Positions 1 to 11,578 of a stretch of 64,000 nucleotides of DNA are shown here, piece after piece; within the stretch, counting starts at the first letter, position 1; every line of letters starts with the position of its first letter. Source of the DNA: Phoronis australis (lineage: Eukaryota > Animalia > Phoronida); NCBI GenBank assembly GCA_002633005.1, contig NMRA01000354.1, positions 310,001-374,000 of the forward strand, in the 5' to 3' direction. The translations under genes were made by a program, and so were the position numbers. The notes beneath the pieces are model-generated. The model was not told the DNA's origin. It ran no database searches and saw only the letters and a program-made list of their open reading frames with translations.

Positions 1-736
1 ATACTGCTTAATTAGAATATTTTTTATTAATTCCAAAACCCCAAGGACAATTATAGTAACCTAAGAAAAGTCAAAGTTCTATTAATCATATTTTCCATCT
101 AAAACAAAACCATGGTAACGAATTGAATAACGTTTGATATCAAATAAAAGCGCGACAAAATCAAAGCTAAAACTTCCACCAAAGCGTTCTGGAAACGAAG
201 TTCGGAAAACAAGTCGCATGGGGCTTTTTCGGCATCGTTCTGCTTGTTTAGTCTATACGAAGAATGTGGGCAAAATATCAATATTTTCTCATTTTTTGAT
301 CTTTGTGAAAAGTGCCGGTAAACGTTTTCGGGAAAAAATTTCTTTCGACCTTTTTGTTCTGAAAGGTGCATTAAAAATGATAGTGTGTTGAAAGAATCCT
401 AACCTGTGACAAGTAATACAAAAACCACAAACACTCGTGCGATTTTAATCGAATCCAAACTACTTACAATTGTTTACCTCGAAAACGCTTGGTTTTAAAT
501 TAGACATAATTCGTTCCAGATTTGTTCTAGGTACTTTTCATTTTCAAACCAGGATCTTCCATGCTCTCTGTAGTTTACATGCACTCTGCAATTACTGCGA
601 AAATTGAAAATAAAAATAAACACATTTGAAATGCCAGATTACGCAGAAATAATCACGTCTACCGCTTGATGAGCAGCGATTAATAGGAGCAAGATGTCCC
701 CTGTTTGCATTTTTATAGAAATCTGTTTCGTTTCAG

Positions 737-3700
737 ATTTAGTGGCAAGAACTTTGTTCTTAAATATGACCAGACGTCACGAAAATTGAAAGATATTGCT
801 CAACCTGGGACACCCTTCGCTGAACTAGCAGACAGGATAGGTAACGTTTACACGTGTTAATTCAATGCACTTTATTTCACCGTGTTACGCAAAATTCATA
901 GCGTACGCGGACTAAAAGGGGTATTAATCAAATGCTTCCCTCGGCGATTTTCAATTATTGTTGCAGCTAACTCTTGTTTAACGCTTTACGTCCTACAGAT
1001 GTTGCATTTGTCTGGTAATAGCTTTGACATACGCCAATTGTTTTCGTAGGAGTTGAAATACAAATTTTGTTATGCAGCCTTCGCATGGAATTTACTGAAG
1101 TCAGGGTTCGAAACTTGATAGACAGGGATTTTTTAAAAAGGAGGACACTCGAAAGTATTTACAATGCTGTGAAAAAACTTACTAGATAGCTCTAAAAATA
1201 AAACAATTCATTCGCAGTTCACCAGCTTTTTACCAAATGTGTAGCAAACACTTCTTATTCTCAAACTAGGCAATGCCAGAGGAGTTTGTGCGTGCGACAT
1301 TGACGGCGACGGTCGCGAAGAAATCTACATAACCAACGCCAATGGTGCTAGGAACCGAAGGTCGCGACACGGGGATCGTCTGTACAAATGGCGTAACGGC
1401 CGTTACGAAAACATTCTCAAAGACAAGGATAACGAAGATTTGCGGTTGAAAATTAAAGGAGGTTACTCCGTAGCATGTCTCGACAGATTTGGAACCGGGC
1501 GCTACGGTTTCGTCATCGCTGTTCACGCTCGGTGTAAGGAAAAAACTGTGTACTTGCAGTGCACGTGTCTTTAAAACTAAACTTCCATTTCCGTGACGAA
1601 ATGGGTGATAGTATTTATTATTATCGACAAAGAAATTACGTTCGCTGTTTTGTCAGTTGATGGATCACTTTTTGTGTTTGTTTTACAACGATCTCTATAC
1701 ATATTTACTGTGCCTATTTGTCTATATGCGTATATTAACAATGCTAACTCGAGAGTTAACACATTTTAGCCAATCGCCACAAGTATCACCTTGTAGAGGT
1801 CAACTGGGACGACCCTACAAATGACGTAATCAGAGGAAAGATCGTACTGCAGGATGCCGCGGAAGAAGCCGGAATCGCCCGAAGTGCTGGTGAGTTTATT
1901 GAAAAAAAATCACATTTAGCTTTTCAATAGCAGTATTTTGATTGCAATATTATTATCACATGTAAGTTAAATTTCCAATACTTCTGTTGCAGGTAAATTG
2001 CGTTAGGTGCTTCGAATATTTGGGATATGATTTTTCAAAAAAAGAAATATATTTCACTGGCCTGCAGCGCTATATCCCAATGAATTAATACTCTTCTCTC
2101 GGGAACACCACTATTCTTTGCGTGAACCTTTTTTAGCCAGACCTGTTTAACGCTTAGATTAAAAATGGAAAACAGTTCACTTGCATTAGGAATAAAATGT
2201 ATGCAGTTCACTTCCTTGAGATTGTATTTTTGGCCTCACTTAATGTGCGATTTTCCAGTTCTACTCACCTCACTGTGGTTGTGTGCTCTTCTAGTTTGCT
2301 TGTCATAAATTAAATTATTAGGGAACGCATGGTTTGTGTAAAAAGAAGATCTCACATCCAACACCAGAGTATAAGACCGTCAAAATGTACACAGTCTGTC
2401 TAGATTTTATATTTTCAATGACCTTTCCCAGATAGCATGCTGGCGGTGGCCCGACGACTTACGTTACGTCGGGCCGACGACGGTAACTGACATCGGGCCA
2501 ACGTGATTTTGTCTTTTTGGTGAACGTCGTCACAACGTCCTAGTAGGGATGCTGATGAAGCGACGTTGGTCCGACGCAGGGTCCTGCCGATTAATAACCG
2601 TCGACGGTAAGACCTGGGAACCGACGTCCAAACACGACCCGTTTCCGACATTGCGCCAATTCAATTCCGACCGCTTATCGACGTCGCGCCCTACCTGCAA
2701 GCGACTATTTACCAACGTTGCACCAACTTAAAGGCGACTGTTTACCAACATCGAACCGACCGTAGAGTTTTCAGCTACCTACGCGTCTCGTCTGTTCCTA
2801 TAGACGAGACACTGCCACGCAATCAATGGGTAGTGATAAACAATATTCATTGTATAAACAGGGTATGCAAATAGAAAATTATGTTGACAGCATGCAGTGT
2901 CTAAGTAAAGGCATTCATGTGTTATTTTATCATTTTATTATGCCATATCGTCAAAAGTGTGCCGACGTTGAGCCATCGTTGGTCCAACGTCAAGACTGAA
3001 TAATACTCCAAGGAGGACAGTTAGGTTACTTAATACACTGTGACACAAAAAAAATAATATCGCGTGTGTCAAATTTACTTGAAATGCTTAACAGGCGTTT
3101 CCAAGAGTTGTCTCGAAGGCGACGGACCAACGTGGGACTAACGCCATTAACCCGACCGCGACCTACGGACATTGAGCCAACCATTGCTTACGTAGACACG
3201 ACGTAGTGATGCTATCTGGCTTGGTGAATAAAGTTGAATTAATTATCAATTCCCTTTCTCCAGGTGGACGCGGTGTTACCGTTGGACCTCTGCTTAACAC
3301 CAGAGGGAGGTCTGATATATTCTTCAACAACGGTTATAGTCACAAGACGAGAGGGCACTCCGCCAACGTTCTTTACCAAAACATTGGTAACGGAAAGTTC
3401 GTGGAATCTACAAAAACTGGTGAGATTAGGTTGTGAATGACACCTTTTAAAGAACGTTCTTGCTTACTTTATATTAAATTTTGTTAGGCTACTCTTGGAG
3501 AGTTAGAGTTTCACTTTTGTTGAAAATTTCACAAAATGAATCGCGACTGAAACCAAATTTAATGAAACATCTTTTTCAAATAATACTCTTTTATCATAGC
3601 ACCGTTCCGTTTTTCGGGTAAAGAGAGCTTAGAAGAAGAAATTGATGTTTTAAATGTGAATCTTTCATAACCTTCAGAATTGCAGAACAAATACGTACAA

Positions 3701-6700
3701 ACGTGCAATCCAACGATATCAAAGAATGCATAAAACATATGGAGTTGAAACTCAGGAAATGGACTTGGAATTAAGTTTATTATCCTTCTGTTAAGGAAAG
3801 TCATTTAAGTTTTGATACCCAAATGTTTGGAAAGAATGCAACCAAACATCAGACTTAAGACGAGTTTCATAAGGGAAACTCTTGGTGAGACTCTAACTGC
3901 TCTTTCATTAGTATTGAAAGACACCCATTCCAACGGTCGAGGCACGTCTCTGGCAGACTTCAACCACGATGGTAAACTCGACATCGTCGTCACCAACTGG
4001 TTTGGACAAGACAAGGTGTTTTTGCAGACAAAAAGAGATGGATTCATTGACTTCGAGGTCTGTTGATTGTTGCTCTTATATCTTTATATTAAAATTTGCT
4101 TTTTGTGCTCAAATTCAAATTAGGAATAAATTGTCGTCACCAATTCCCTATCTTAGTTCGACTTTAATAAGCTGCAAAGTTTCCGACGGACCAGACTTAT
4201 ATTCATCCGAAAATGAAACAGGATATATTATGAATAGATAAAGCAGCTTAGTACACTCAACATTGTCAGTTGTCCAGATATATATACCTTTTCTGTCAGT
4301 GTATCCTGTTTACTTCAACTGTTGAAATATTAAGATTTCCTATTGGGTTATCACTCGTTAATAAAATTGCAAAATTCTGGAGGATGAGAAAATGAGACTA
4401 TTGTTGTTGTCGTCTTTAAATCAATCTTCGTCATTTTAACATTTTGTGGTTGAGACGTGACATGTGCACGTTCATAACAAAGACTAGTTGCCAAAAGGAC
4501 AAAAGTTTTTAATCTTTTAAAAATTCCATTGAACGTGAAAACTACTTAATGTATTTACTGAACTGGTTGCAGTGGTGTTTTGTATCTGCAAATTTTCGTA
4601 GTGACTCCCGCACACCTCTTCTTACGTTCGTTCACCATCTGTCTCGCAGGTCACACCTTTTACGGGGTACTACGGATCCTCAACGACTGCCTCTTTGGTG
4701 AAAGACTTTGACGGCGACGGTAACTTGGAAGTGTATATGAATAAGCTCTACCATTTTAGTCAAAGCAGCAATAAATTATACCGAGTCGTACAGAATGGCG
4801 ACAAAACTGTCGCTGAAGAAGTGGACGTTGGAGATGCGACGGAACTCGACAGATATGGCACAGGTAAAGAAATGTCTAGATTTTTTCTAGTGCCGAAAAT
4901 ACGTGTATAATGCAGTAGGTATTATGAATATGGCAGGACCAAGTTCAGACCTGATTGTTGTTGTTGGAGCAACCGGTTGTTAGACTTGCCCTAAACCTCG
5001 CAGTTTTTTATTTGAATTAACAAGTTTTCAACCATATTGTCTTTATAAATAATTTGAGGTAGTACGTCGGGATGACGTATTTAATGAGCGAATCTTGCAT
5101 TGTGCTCCTTTTGAGTTTGTCAGAAGAAAGAAATCTAGTCCTGAAATGAGTTACCAGTTTTTCACGATCATACCTCGTCCAGGGCGTATTTGTGGCGTGC
5201 TTTAACAACACCGTCTCAAACTTGTTTTTGAGTGGTGTAAGTTAGCAACGTTGGAGGAGAACATTTTCCGTGATTTTCGTTTTGCAGGGGGAGGGGTGGG
5301 GGACGTAGACTTCGATGGACGATTGGACATGCTTCTGTCTCACGGAGAGGTCATGGTAGGCCCAGTGGAGGTATATACAGTTGACCAGAATCAAAGGTAG
5401 GTTTGTCTGGTTGTATGTACAATCGATCGTGTTCTGATACACGCTAACTCGTCATTTATTGGCTTGCTACAGTGACAGGATATTTTATTGTTTTAAAGAA
5501 TTATCCATGCCAACAAAGTTAACGTTTGTTAGCATTCGAAGTCTTATTTCCAATGTTGTCAATAAACTATTGGTTTTTCTCCTTTCTTGACCACGGCCAT
5601 TTCGCTAACTTCTCGCGATGTTACAGGTTTCTTAGAGTAATGCCTCAGACGATTTACTACGCGCCAGCGAGAGGTGCGACGGTTACACTTGTAACAACCA
5701 ATGGACATAGTCAGACACGAATCATTGACTGTGGGTCAGGTTATCTCAACCAGATGGAGCCAATCGCTCATTTTGGGCTCAACGGTACATCGCCTCTTCA
5801 GGTAGAGTTTGGTTCAGTTTTGCCTTGGTTACATATCGGGCAATGCTCAACGGGTCCTGCCGAATGAGTTCCATCCCCGTGACTTGGCTTGATCAGGCGA
5901 TTTTTATCCGATTAGTTGCAGTGGTGCGCCGACTGGTGGTTTTTGACGCCAACGCCCGTCGTAGCTCTAAATTATCTCCCGATTATGGCTCGTCTGTTAG
6001 TCGATAGGACTATTTTTATGCAGGAAACTGGTCGAATGTTTTGTGTCACCGAAATGTTATACACGTAAAACAAGAACTTAGTAATAGCTCTTTCAGGCAT
6101 TATTAATGGAGGGGTTTTCAGTTAGCTGTAATGAATAATTCAATCATAACTTTTGTTAAATAATGTAATTGGACTTAATATCCGTTTTCTGATCGATTTT
6201 CGAGGTCCATAACGACACCATTTGAATTAGACTCCTTACCACTACAAAAGTGATTTCAACCTGAACTTTTTTCTAAGACGTGATTTCTTGATTTCAGTCA
6301 GAGGAATTGACAATGTGTACACAGTTGCGCAGGCCAGCACGTTTATACACTGCTGTAATATGGCTGGGGAATATGTTGATGGAATACTGCGAACGATCCT
6401 GGTGTTTTGTGACTCTTAAGCGATAGCATTGACATGAAACACCAAGAGTCTTTTGCAATATTCTATGACATTGAACCATGTAGGGGGCTGCAGTCCGAAT
6501 AATATCTTGGCAAAATCACCTACTGCATCACAAACACGTGCCTGAGAGTATTACTTTGCATGTTCGATACGTAGGTTACAATACAGTGGCCTGATGGACA
6601 GGTGTACAGCTACGTAGCCAGCGAAGACGATGTAAATACACTCCACAAAATTGCACTATCGGCCAATAAACTGTACAGTGATGAAGACAGCGTTATCAAA

Positions 6701-9700
6701 TATCGCTACGAGACAAACCATGGTAAGGACTATCACTGAATAATTTCATAAGGTTGGTAGAGTTGATGAGTTGTAATTTCTTTTTTTTTTCACAAACAGG
6801 AAGAACATAATACCTTGACAGTTTGGCTTCTATCAACAGCCATCTCCCGAAATTGTTGGACGCTAGGTGACGTGGTTATAAGTTGTCTAAAATTTGGAAC
6901 AGTCTCATCACCGCGTCATCTAGCGTGCAATAACTTCCGAAGATGGCTGATAGGAGCCGAAACTGTCAAGGTATTATGTCCTTAATGATTGTGAAAAAAT
7001 GAAATTAGTACTAATCGTGGTAAGGACTGTCGTGTTGCAGAGGGACAGTTTCCCTCTTTTCTGTTATTCAGGTAGAAATTCCTGTTAATACATTACACAT
7101 TTCCACCTTCTTTTAAGATGTATTTCCTTTTGATTGTTATTGAAGTCATTGTATTGCCATCATCACAGTCATTGTCGTCGTTGTTTCTCTTAACCGCGTT
7201 ATCACTGTAAGTTAGAGGCATAATGTTCTTGAGAAACTTTAAAACAGTTGCCATGTTATGTGTTTCTCATCATATAGATATTTTTTCTGCGTTTATTAAC
7301 GTTTCTTTTACTAGTCAATCAATCAGCGAAGTAAGTAGTTGATTAGATGATCCATTAATTCAGTTTCTCACCATTTCCGTTGCCTGGCAGTAGGTACAGG
7401 AGATGTTCACCACCCGGCGAAATCGGACAATCATTCACCGACAACAGTTAAGCCAAAGTCATGGAATCAAGGTCGGAATATTGTCGCGACAAAGCTTAAG
7501 GAAAATGCGGATTCCCAAAGTAGCATCTCTGATCGCGCGAAACAGCACGGGTCTTCTCAATCAGGCAGTGCCGCAGGCGTTCGGCCAACAACTACCCCAG
7601 TCGACTCGAAATCGAACTCGGAAGAAACAATGCGTTCGTCACTTGAGGATCTGCGTGTGCCATTAGTCGCCACTTCGTATGAGAGAGTGGATAATAGAGA
7701 TAACAGGGCTCAACCCGCTGTTTTGATTGCGTCTCGAAAAACTACCTCGTCAACTGAGTCTCATGACAGAAATCAGCCAGTCTCGCAAGTTGATAGCGGG
7801 CAAATTGAAAAGGATGCCTTGCCATACGATTTGGCGGCCCATGGGTCACGTCGCAAGCAAACCTCTACCTTATCAAATGTTTCTAAAGTTTCAACTAATA
7901 CTGAAAGACATAAACGACCTAGCATTGTTAACAAAACCGACAAATCGGGTACACTAGAGGTACCAGAGTTGGCTACAAATACATTTGACGAATTACCAAA
8001 AACAGGAACATTTCCAGTCTTTAGACAACGACCGAAACCTACTGCAGGGATAACGCTTACTAATTCTAAAGACACAAAAATATCTTCATCAATACAGAAA
8101 TTTCCGTATGCAGCAAGAATCAAAACCGACAGGAAGGAAAATGAAGTGCAAGCTACTAGACGTCCCACTCCAGCTGTGAATGCCAGGAAAACTGATGAAC
8201 GACACAATTCTAAATGGAACGAGGTGTTTCTTCCCAAAACTCTAACACCATTCGTGGATGTCATTTTGTCGCGAGGCATCATTCGCCAGCAAGAGAAAGC
8301 AGACGGTAATAAAAAAGCAGGAACCGTGCGGCAGACGTTCCCTGTATCAACGAAAGGCCAAGGAGAAAGTGACCAGACGACGAGAAACGTCAAAGTCCCT
8401 GGTCGTGGAGTGCCGGGTGGAGTCGCGCGTACAATACCAAAATTGTCATCAACCGGGTTTCGAATACGCTGGGTCAGTAACGAAAGAGGGAATCCCGATC
8501 AAAGGGTCTCCAAACAACGTCAGCATCGTGCATCCCCAAGGCAGCTTGAGCAGAAAAGACGACAGCGTGGACTTGAAAGGCGAGCGCGGTATCGTTCAGG
8601 TATACAAACTGCAGCCAATAAAAATACGAATGACAATCGGAAAGTCAAACAGTCTGCATTGACTGGTATTGCTAAGTCTGGTGTTCGTTATATATTTTGG
8701 AATCGCAGTTTTAAATTGTGTAAAATTACAGTTAGTCATTGGCAGCCATGCTCGCGCACGTGCGGTGGTGGTACCTCATCCAGAATGAGTAACGACAATA
8801 GTCGGTGTTTTCTGAGAAAAGAACACAAGCGCTGCAACGTCGAGCCGTGTTCTCGTTCGCTGAACGACGCGAGACAAAGAGCTGAAAAGCCAAAAGCGAC
8901 AACAGTGCACCGAAATCATAAAGGAAGACAGGCCGGTACTTCTAATATTAGACGGCGACACAACCAACATAGAGACCGACAACATCGAAATAATGACAGA
9001 GTTAGATTGCAACGCGAACAGGTGATCAAGGTAAACGACGGAAACCGCGGTACCAAATTTGCATCCTTTGAGAGGTCCTCAGCAAAAAATTTCTCACCAA
9101 GAAATGACCGTTTACTGCGCGGTTCCTCGTTGCGCCGACGTACGAATAGTCAGATTTCGAATACTAAAAAGCTGCCCACTACCGAACGAGCATCACACAG
9201 AAATTTGCCTGTTGCCAAGGCCCAAAATAAAGCTGTTTGGCAGAGATTTCCTCAACAGAAACACAGATTCCTCAGCGATGACGCCGGCATCCGCCTTAAA
9301 GAACAGCAAGTGTCAACAAAAACCCAAGAGTTCTCTGCATCTGAAGTTTTAGCGACCTCTGTTAAACGCAACCCGCCTTCGTCAATGGAAGCTGAAAAAG
9401 ACATCCTCAGCAAAGGGGTAAAATTCTGATTGATTTTTTCTTTTTTTGAAGTGTTCATAGCTATTTTTATAACTAAGAACAAATAATAGAAATGTACTAT
9501 TAATAGTCCAGCACTGCATTGAGATTGTGTTTTGGATTAATGCCTATAAGTGGCATTAACAACAAATTTTCACGAAGAAATGGCAAGTCATGACTCTCAA
9601 TTTAGCTCAAAGCAAGTTATTATATTTTCACGGTTGAACGGCATGGAAAAGAAAGAAGTTTCTTTAAAAACTTTCCTTCCACCCGTCCACCTCGGTAGGC

Positions 9701-10347
9701 TCTTCTTTCACTGAGCCCCCAAAATGTGTGGCCCGTCAATGCACTAAGTAGTCCTACAATTCATGGTCTAAGCCCCGCCCCCTCACGCTAACAATTTTGT
9801 CTGACAAATCACGTGGTTTTCGAAACAATTCGCGCATTGAACGTACACAACAGCCACCTGCCTTACTAAATGGACCATTTGCTCATCTAACTGAACTGAA
9901 TATTTTGGCGATATCATAGTGGTGATACCCAGCACGCTTCGCTTATGCTCACAGTCGTTTAGTTGATACGATGACGCAGCAAATACCATCCTTATGCAGT
10001 TTCTTTACATGCTTCACAGTATGAAGAAGATATTGTAGGTTGGTTATTTTTCTCATGTGACCATCCGAATTCTTTTTATTTGCAAAGGTCTCCCAGAGTT
10101 CACTAACTTTTGATTTATTTTAGCACGTGTTTTGTTCTTTTCGTAGGCGAAGTCTTGTTCAAGCTCTAAGCCAACTCGAGTACACTACTACGACTGTTCT
10201 GACAGCGCGAAACTGATGTCGGTATGCTGTGCGTACGAGAAATTCCGCCCATGTGAGCAAAATAATTGTCCGTTTAAAGCGAAATTCTTGTGCTCGGGCA
10301 CACGTTCTTTAGATTATACTTGCCTTTGTCCCAGAAATTGTAAGTAA
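737..10347 (+). CDS. CRTAC1: CRTAC1-like secreted protein (FG-GAP repeats + ASPIC/UnbV) with C-terminal extension (basic linker, CCN-type TSP1, Cys-rich CT-like domain); 5' exon(s) not identified
   Basis: Exons 737-840 (FSGKNFVLKYDQ), 1270-1533 (GNARGVCACDIDGDGREEIYITN), 1770-1889, 3264-3419 (GGRGVTVGPL), 3912-4057 (GRGTSLADFNHDGKLDIV), 4650-4863 (DFDGDGNLEVY), 5288-5396 (GDVDFDGRLDMLLSHGE), 5627-5801 (LRVMP..APARGA..RIIDCGSGYLNQMEPIAHFGL), 6575-6722 (VTIQWPDG), 7391-9417, 10147-10347. All are AG/GT bounded with matching phases, and the motifs are collinear with CRTAC1 as I recall it. Joining of the last two exons is inferred. Confidence 0.88.
2427..3220. mobile_element. Non-autonomous TIR DNA transposon (CCCAG-ended, EnSpm/CACTA-like MITE) in an intron
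   Basis: CCCAGATAGCAT at 2427 and ATGCTATCTGGC at 3209-3220 are inverted termini, flanked by TT on both sides. The interior has many CCGACG/AACGTCG subterminal repeats. Confidence 0.65.
6765..7017. repeat. Long imperfect palindrome (foldback/MITE-like, ~120-bp arms) in an intron
   Basis: ACATAATACCTTGACAGTTT..CAGCCATCT..GACGCTAGGTGACG is mirrored by CGTCATCTAGCGT..AGATGGCTG..AAACTGTCAAGGTATTATGT. Confidence 0.8.
7391..9417 (+). CDS. Large exon: Arg/Lys/Ser/Thr-rich low-complexity region with an embedded CCN-type thrombospondin type-1 repeat (8719-8850)
   Basis: The frame is open from the acceptor at 7390 through ORF 7630..9429. It contains CKITVSHWQPCSRTCGGGTSSRMSNDNSRCFLRKEHKRCNVEPC. Candidate donor GGG|GTAAAA at 9418; otherwise the stop is at 9429. 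Confidence 0.8.
10147..10347 (+). CDS. Cys-rich exon (10 Cys, ends TCLCPRNC), resembling a divergent CCN C-terminal cystine-knot domain
   Basis: Strong polypyrimidine acceptor (tttttgttcttttcgtag), phase 0 matching the donor at 9418. Translation AKSCSSSKPTRVHYYDCSDSAKLMSVCCAYEKFRPCEQNNCPFKAKFLCSGTRSLDYTCLCPRNCK*. A GTAAGT at 10340 could splice onward instead. Confidence 0.65.
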   Translation, partial: AKSCSSSKPTRVHYYDCSDSAKLMSVCCAYEKFRPCEQNNCPFKAKFLCSGTRSLDYTCLCPRNCK

Positions 10348-11578
10348 AGCTGAAGTATTCCTTCAAAGATTTATCATTTTTGTAATCGCAACAGGCCAAA
10401 GACGCTAAATTTCCAGGAGCGTTACGTTTTGTTGGTTGAGGAGATTTATAGGTCTTTTTAACACCGAGGATACTTCTGCCTGTATGGTTTGGTACAAAGA
10501 GTTACAACTGAGAGTAAGGGTGTTCGATTTTTAGTTAAAGACTATGCACACGGACATGTATCTGAATATGTAGACAAGGATCTCCCTGTTTTTGTTGCGA
10601 ACGCCTTTCCTGAAAGGCATTCTCTGATTATTAATTTCACAGGCACTAACATCTTAACATGTCTCATGACAATTTAAGACCTTATAAGGGACAGTTGTGT
10701 GACTAGTGAATATAAGGATCTTTTAGATTCAAGTGCCTTTGATTAACTTAAAGAGTAACCGCCAGGTCATCAAATGTTCTCTCGCTGGCTATGCTCTGCA
10801 ACTCCTCAAATGGTAATACGATTTCCTTCCACTATAGGTTCACGCATGCGTAAAGGAAATTTTAACAAACATGTTTTGTTCGGAGTGAATTGTGACATTT
10901 CATTGCAAACTTTGCTTTGAATACTCTAAAATATCTTGCAATTTTAGATTTTGAGAAATACACATACTGTAATTGTTTTTACAATATACCGGTGACTATG
11001 ATGAATAAAATGTTATTATTGGATTTCATTTATTGCTATATCTTTAGAAGGTTCACTTAATCGAGGATGTACCAAAAGTTTACATTGGCCGATCTAGGAC
11101 TAAATGGGTCTGTTTCAACGAATCAGAGGATCCTGTTATAAATAGATTTCTGATTAAATTGTCTTAACTTTGCAGAGTCCAAACTGAAATATACGCCAAA
11201 ACCTACTACTGGCCGTAACTTTCCGTTTAGACCCTGCGTAAAGGAAAGACGTAAAAGTTACGAAATTTCAGTGAAACAAGCCTCATGAGAGGAGGTCAAT
11301 CTCGTTCGGGTCACTTGAACAATTTTACTAAAAAAATCAGGTGTTTGAAGATGCCAGCATTCACTTCGGACTCTCGTATTTTTATCAACATATATTTTAC
11401 TTTAGTACCATTCATGAAATTTCTTTCGGTAAAACTACGTTCACGACTTTTATCTAGTCCTTAAAACTCAAAGACAAGCTTTAGTACGTTTATCGATATT
11501 CATAACTTATGGGGTTAGTCATGCGTCACCAACAGGCGGCGTTCTCTGCTGCAACTTCCTCTTGTACGCCATGCTCGG

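Noticed and set aside
737-6722. Horizontal transfer of a bacterial ASPIC/UnbV gene
   Set aside because: The gene is intron-rich and collinear with animal CRTAC1; nothing points to recent transfer.
7773-8393. 206-aa antisense ORF
   Set aside because: Shadow of the long + strand exon; no motifs.
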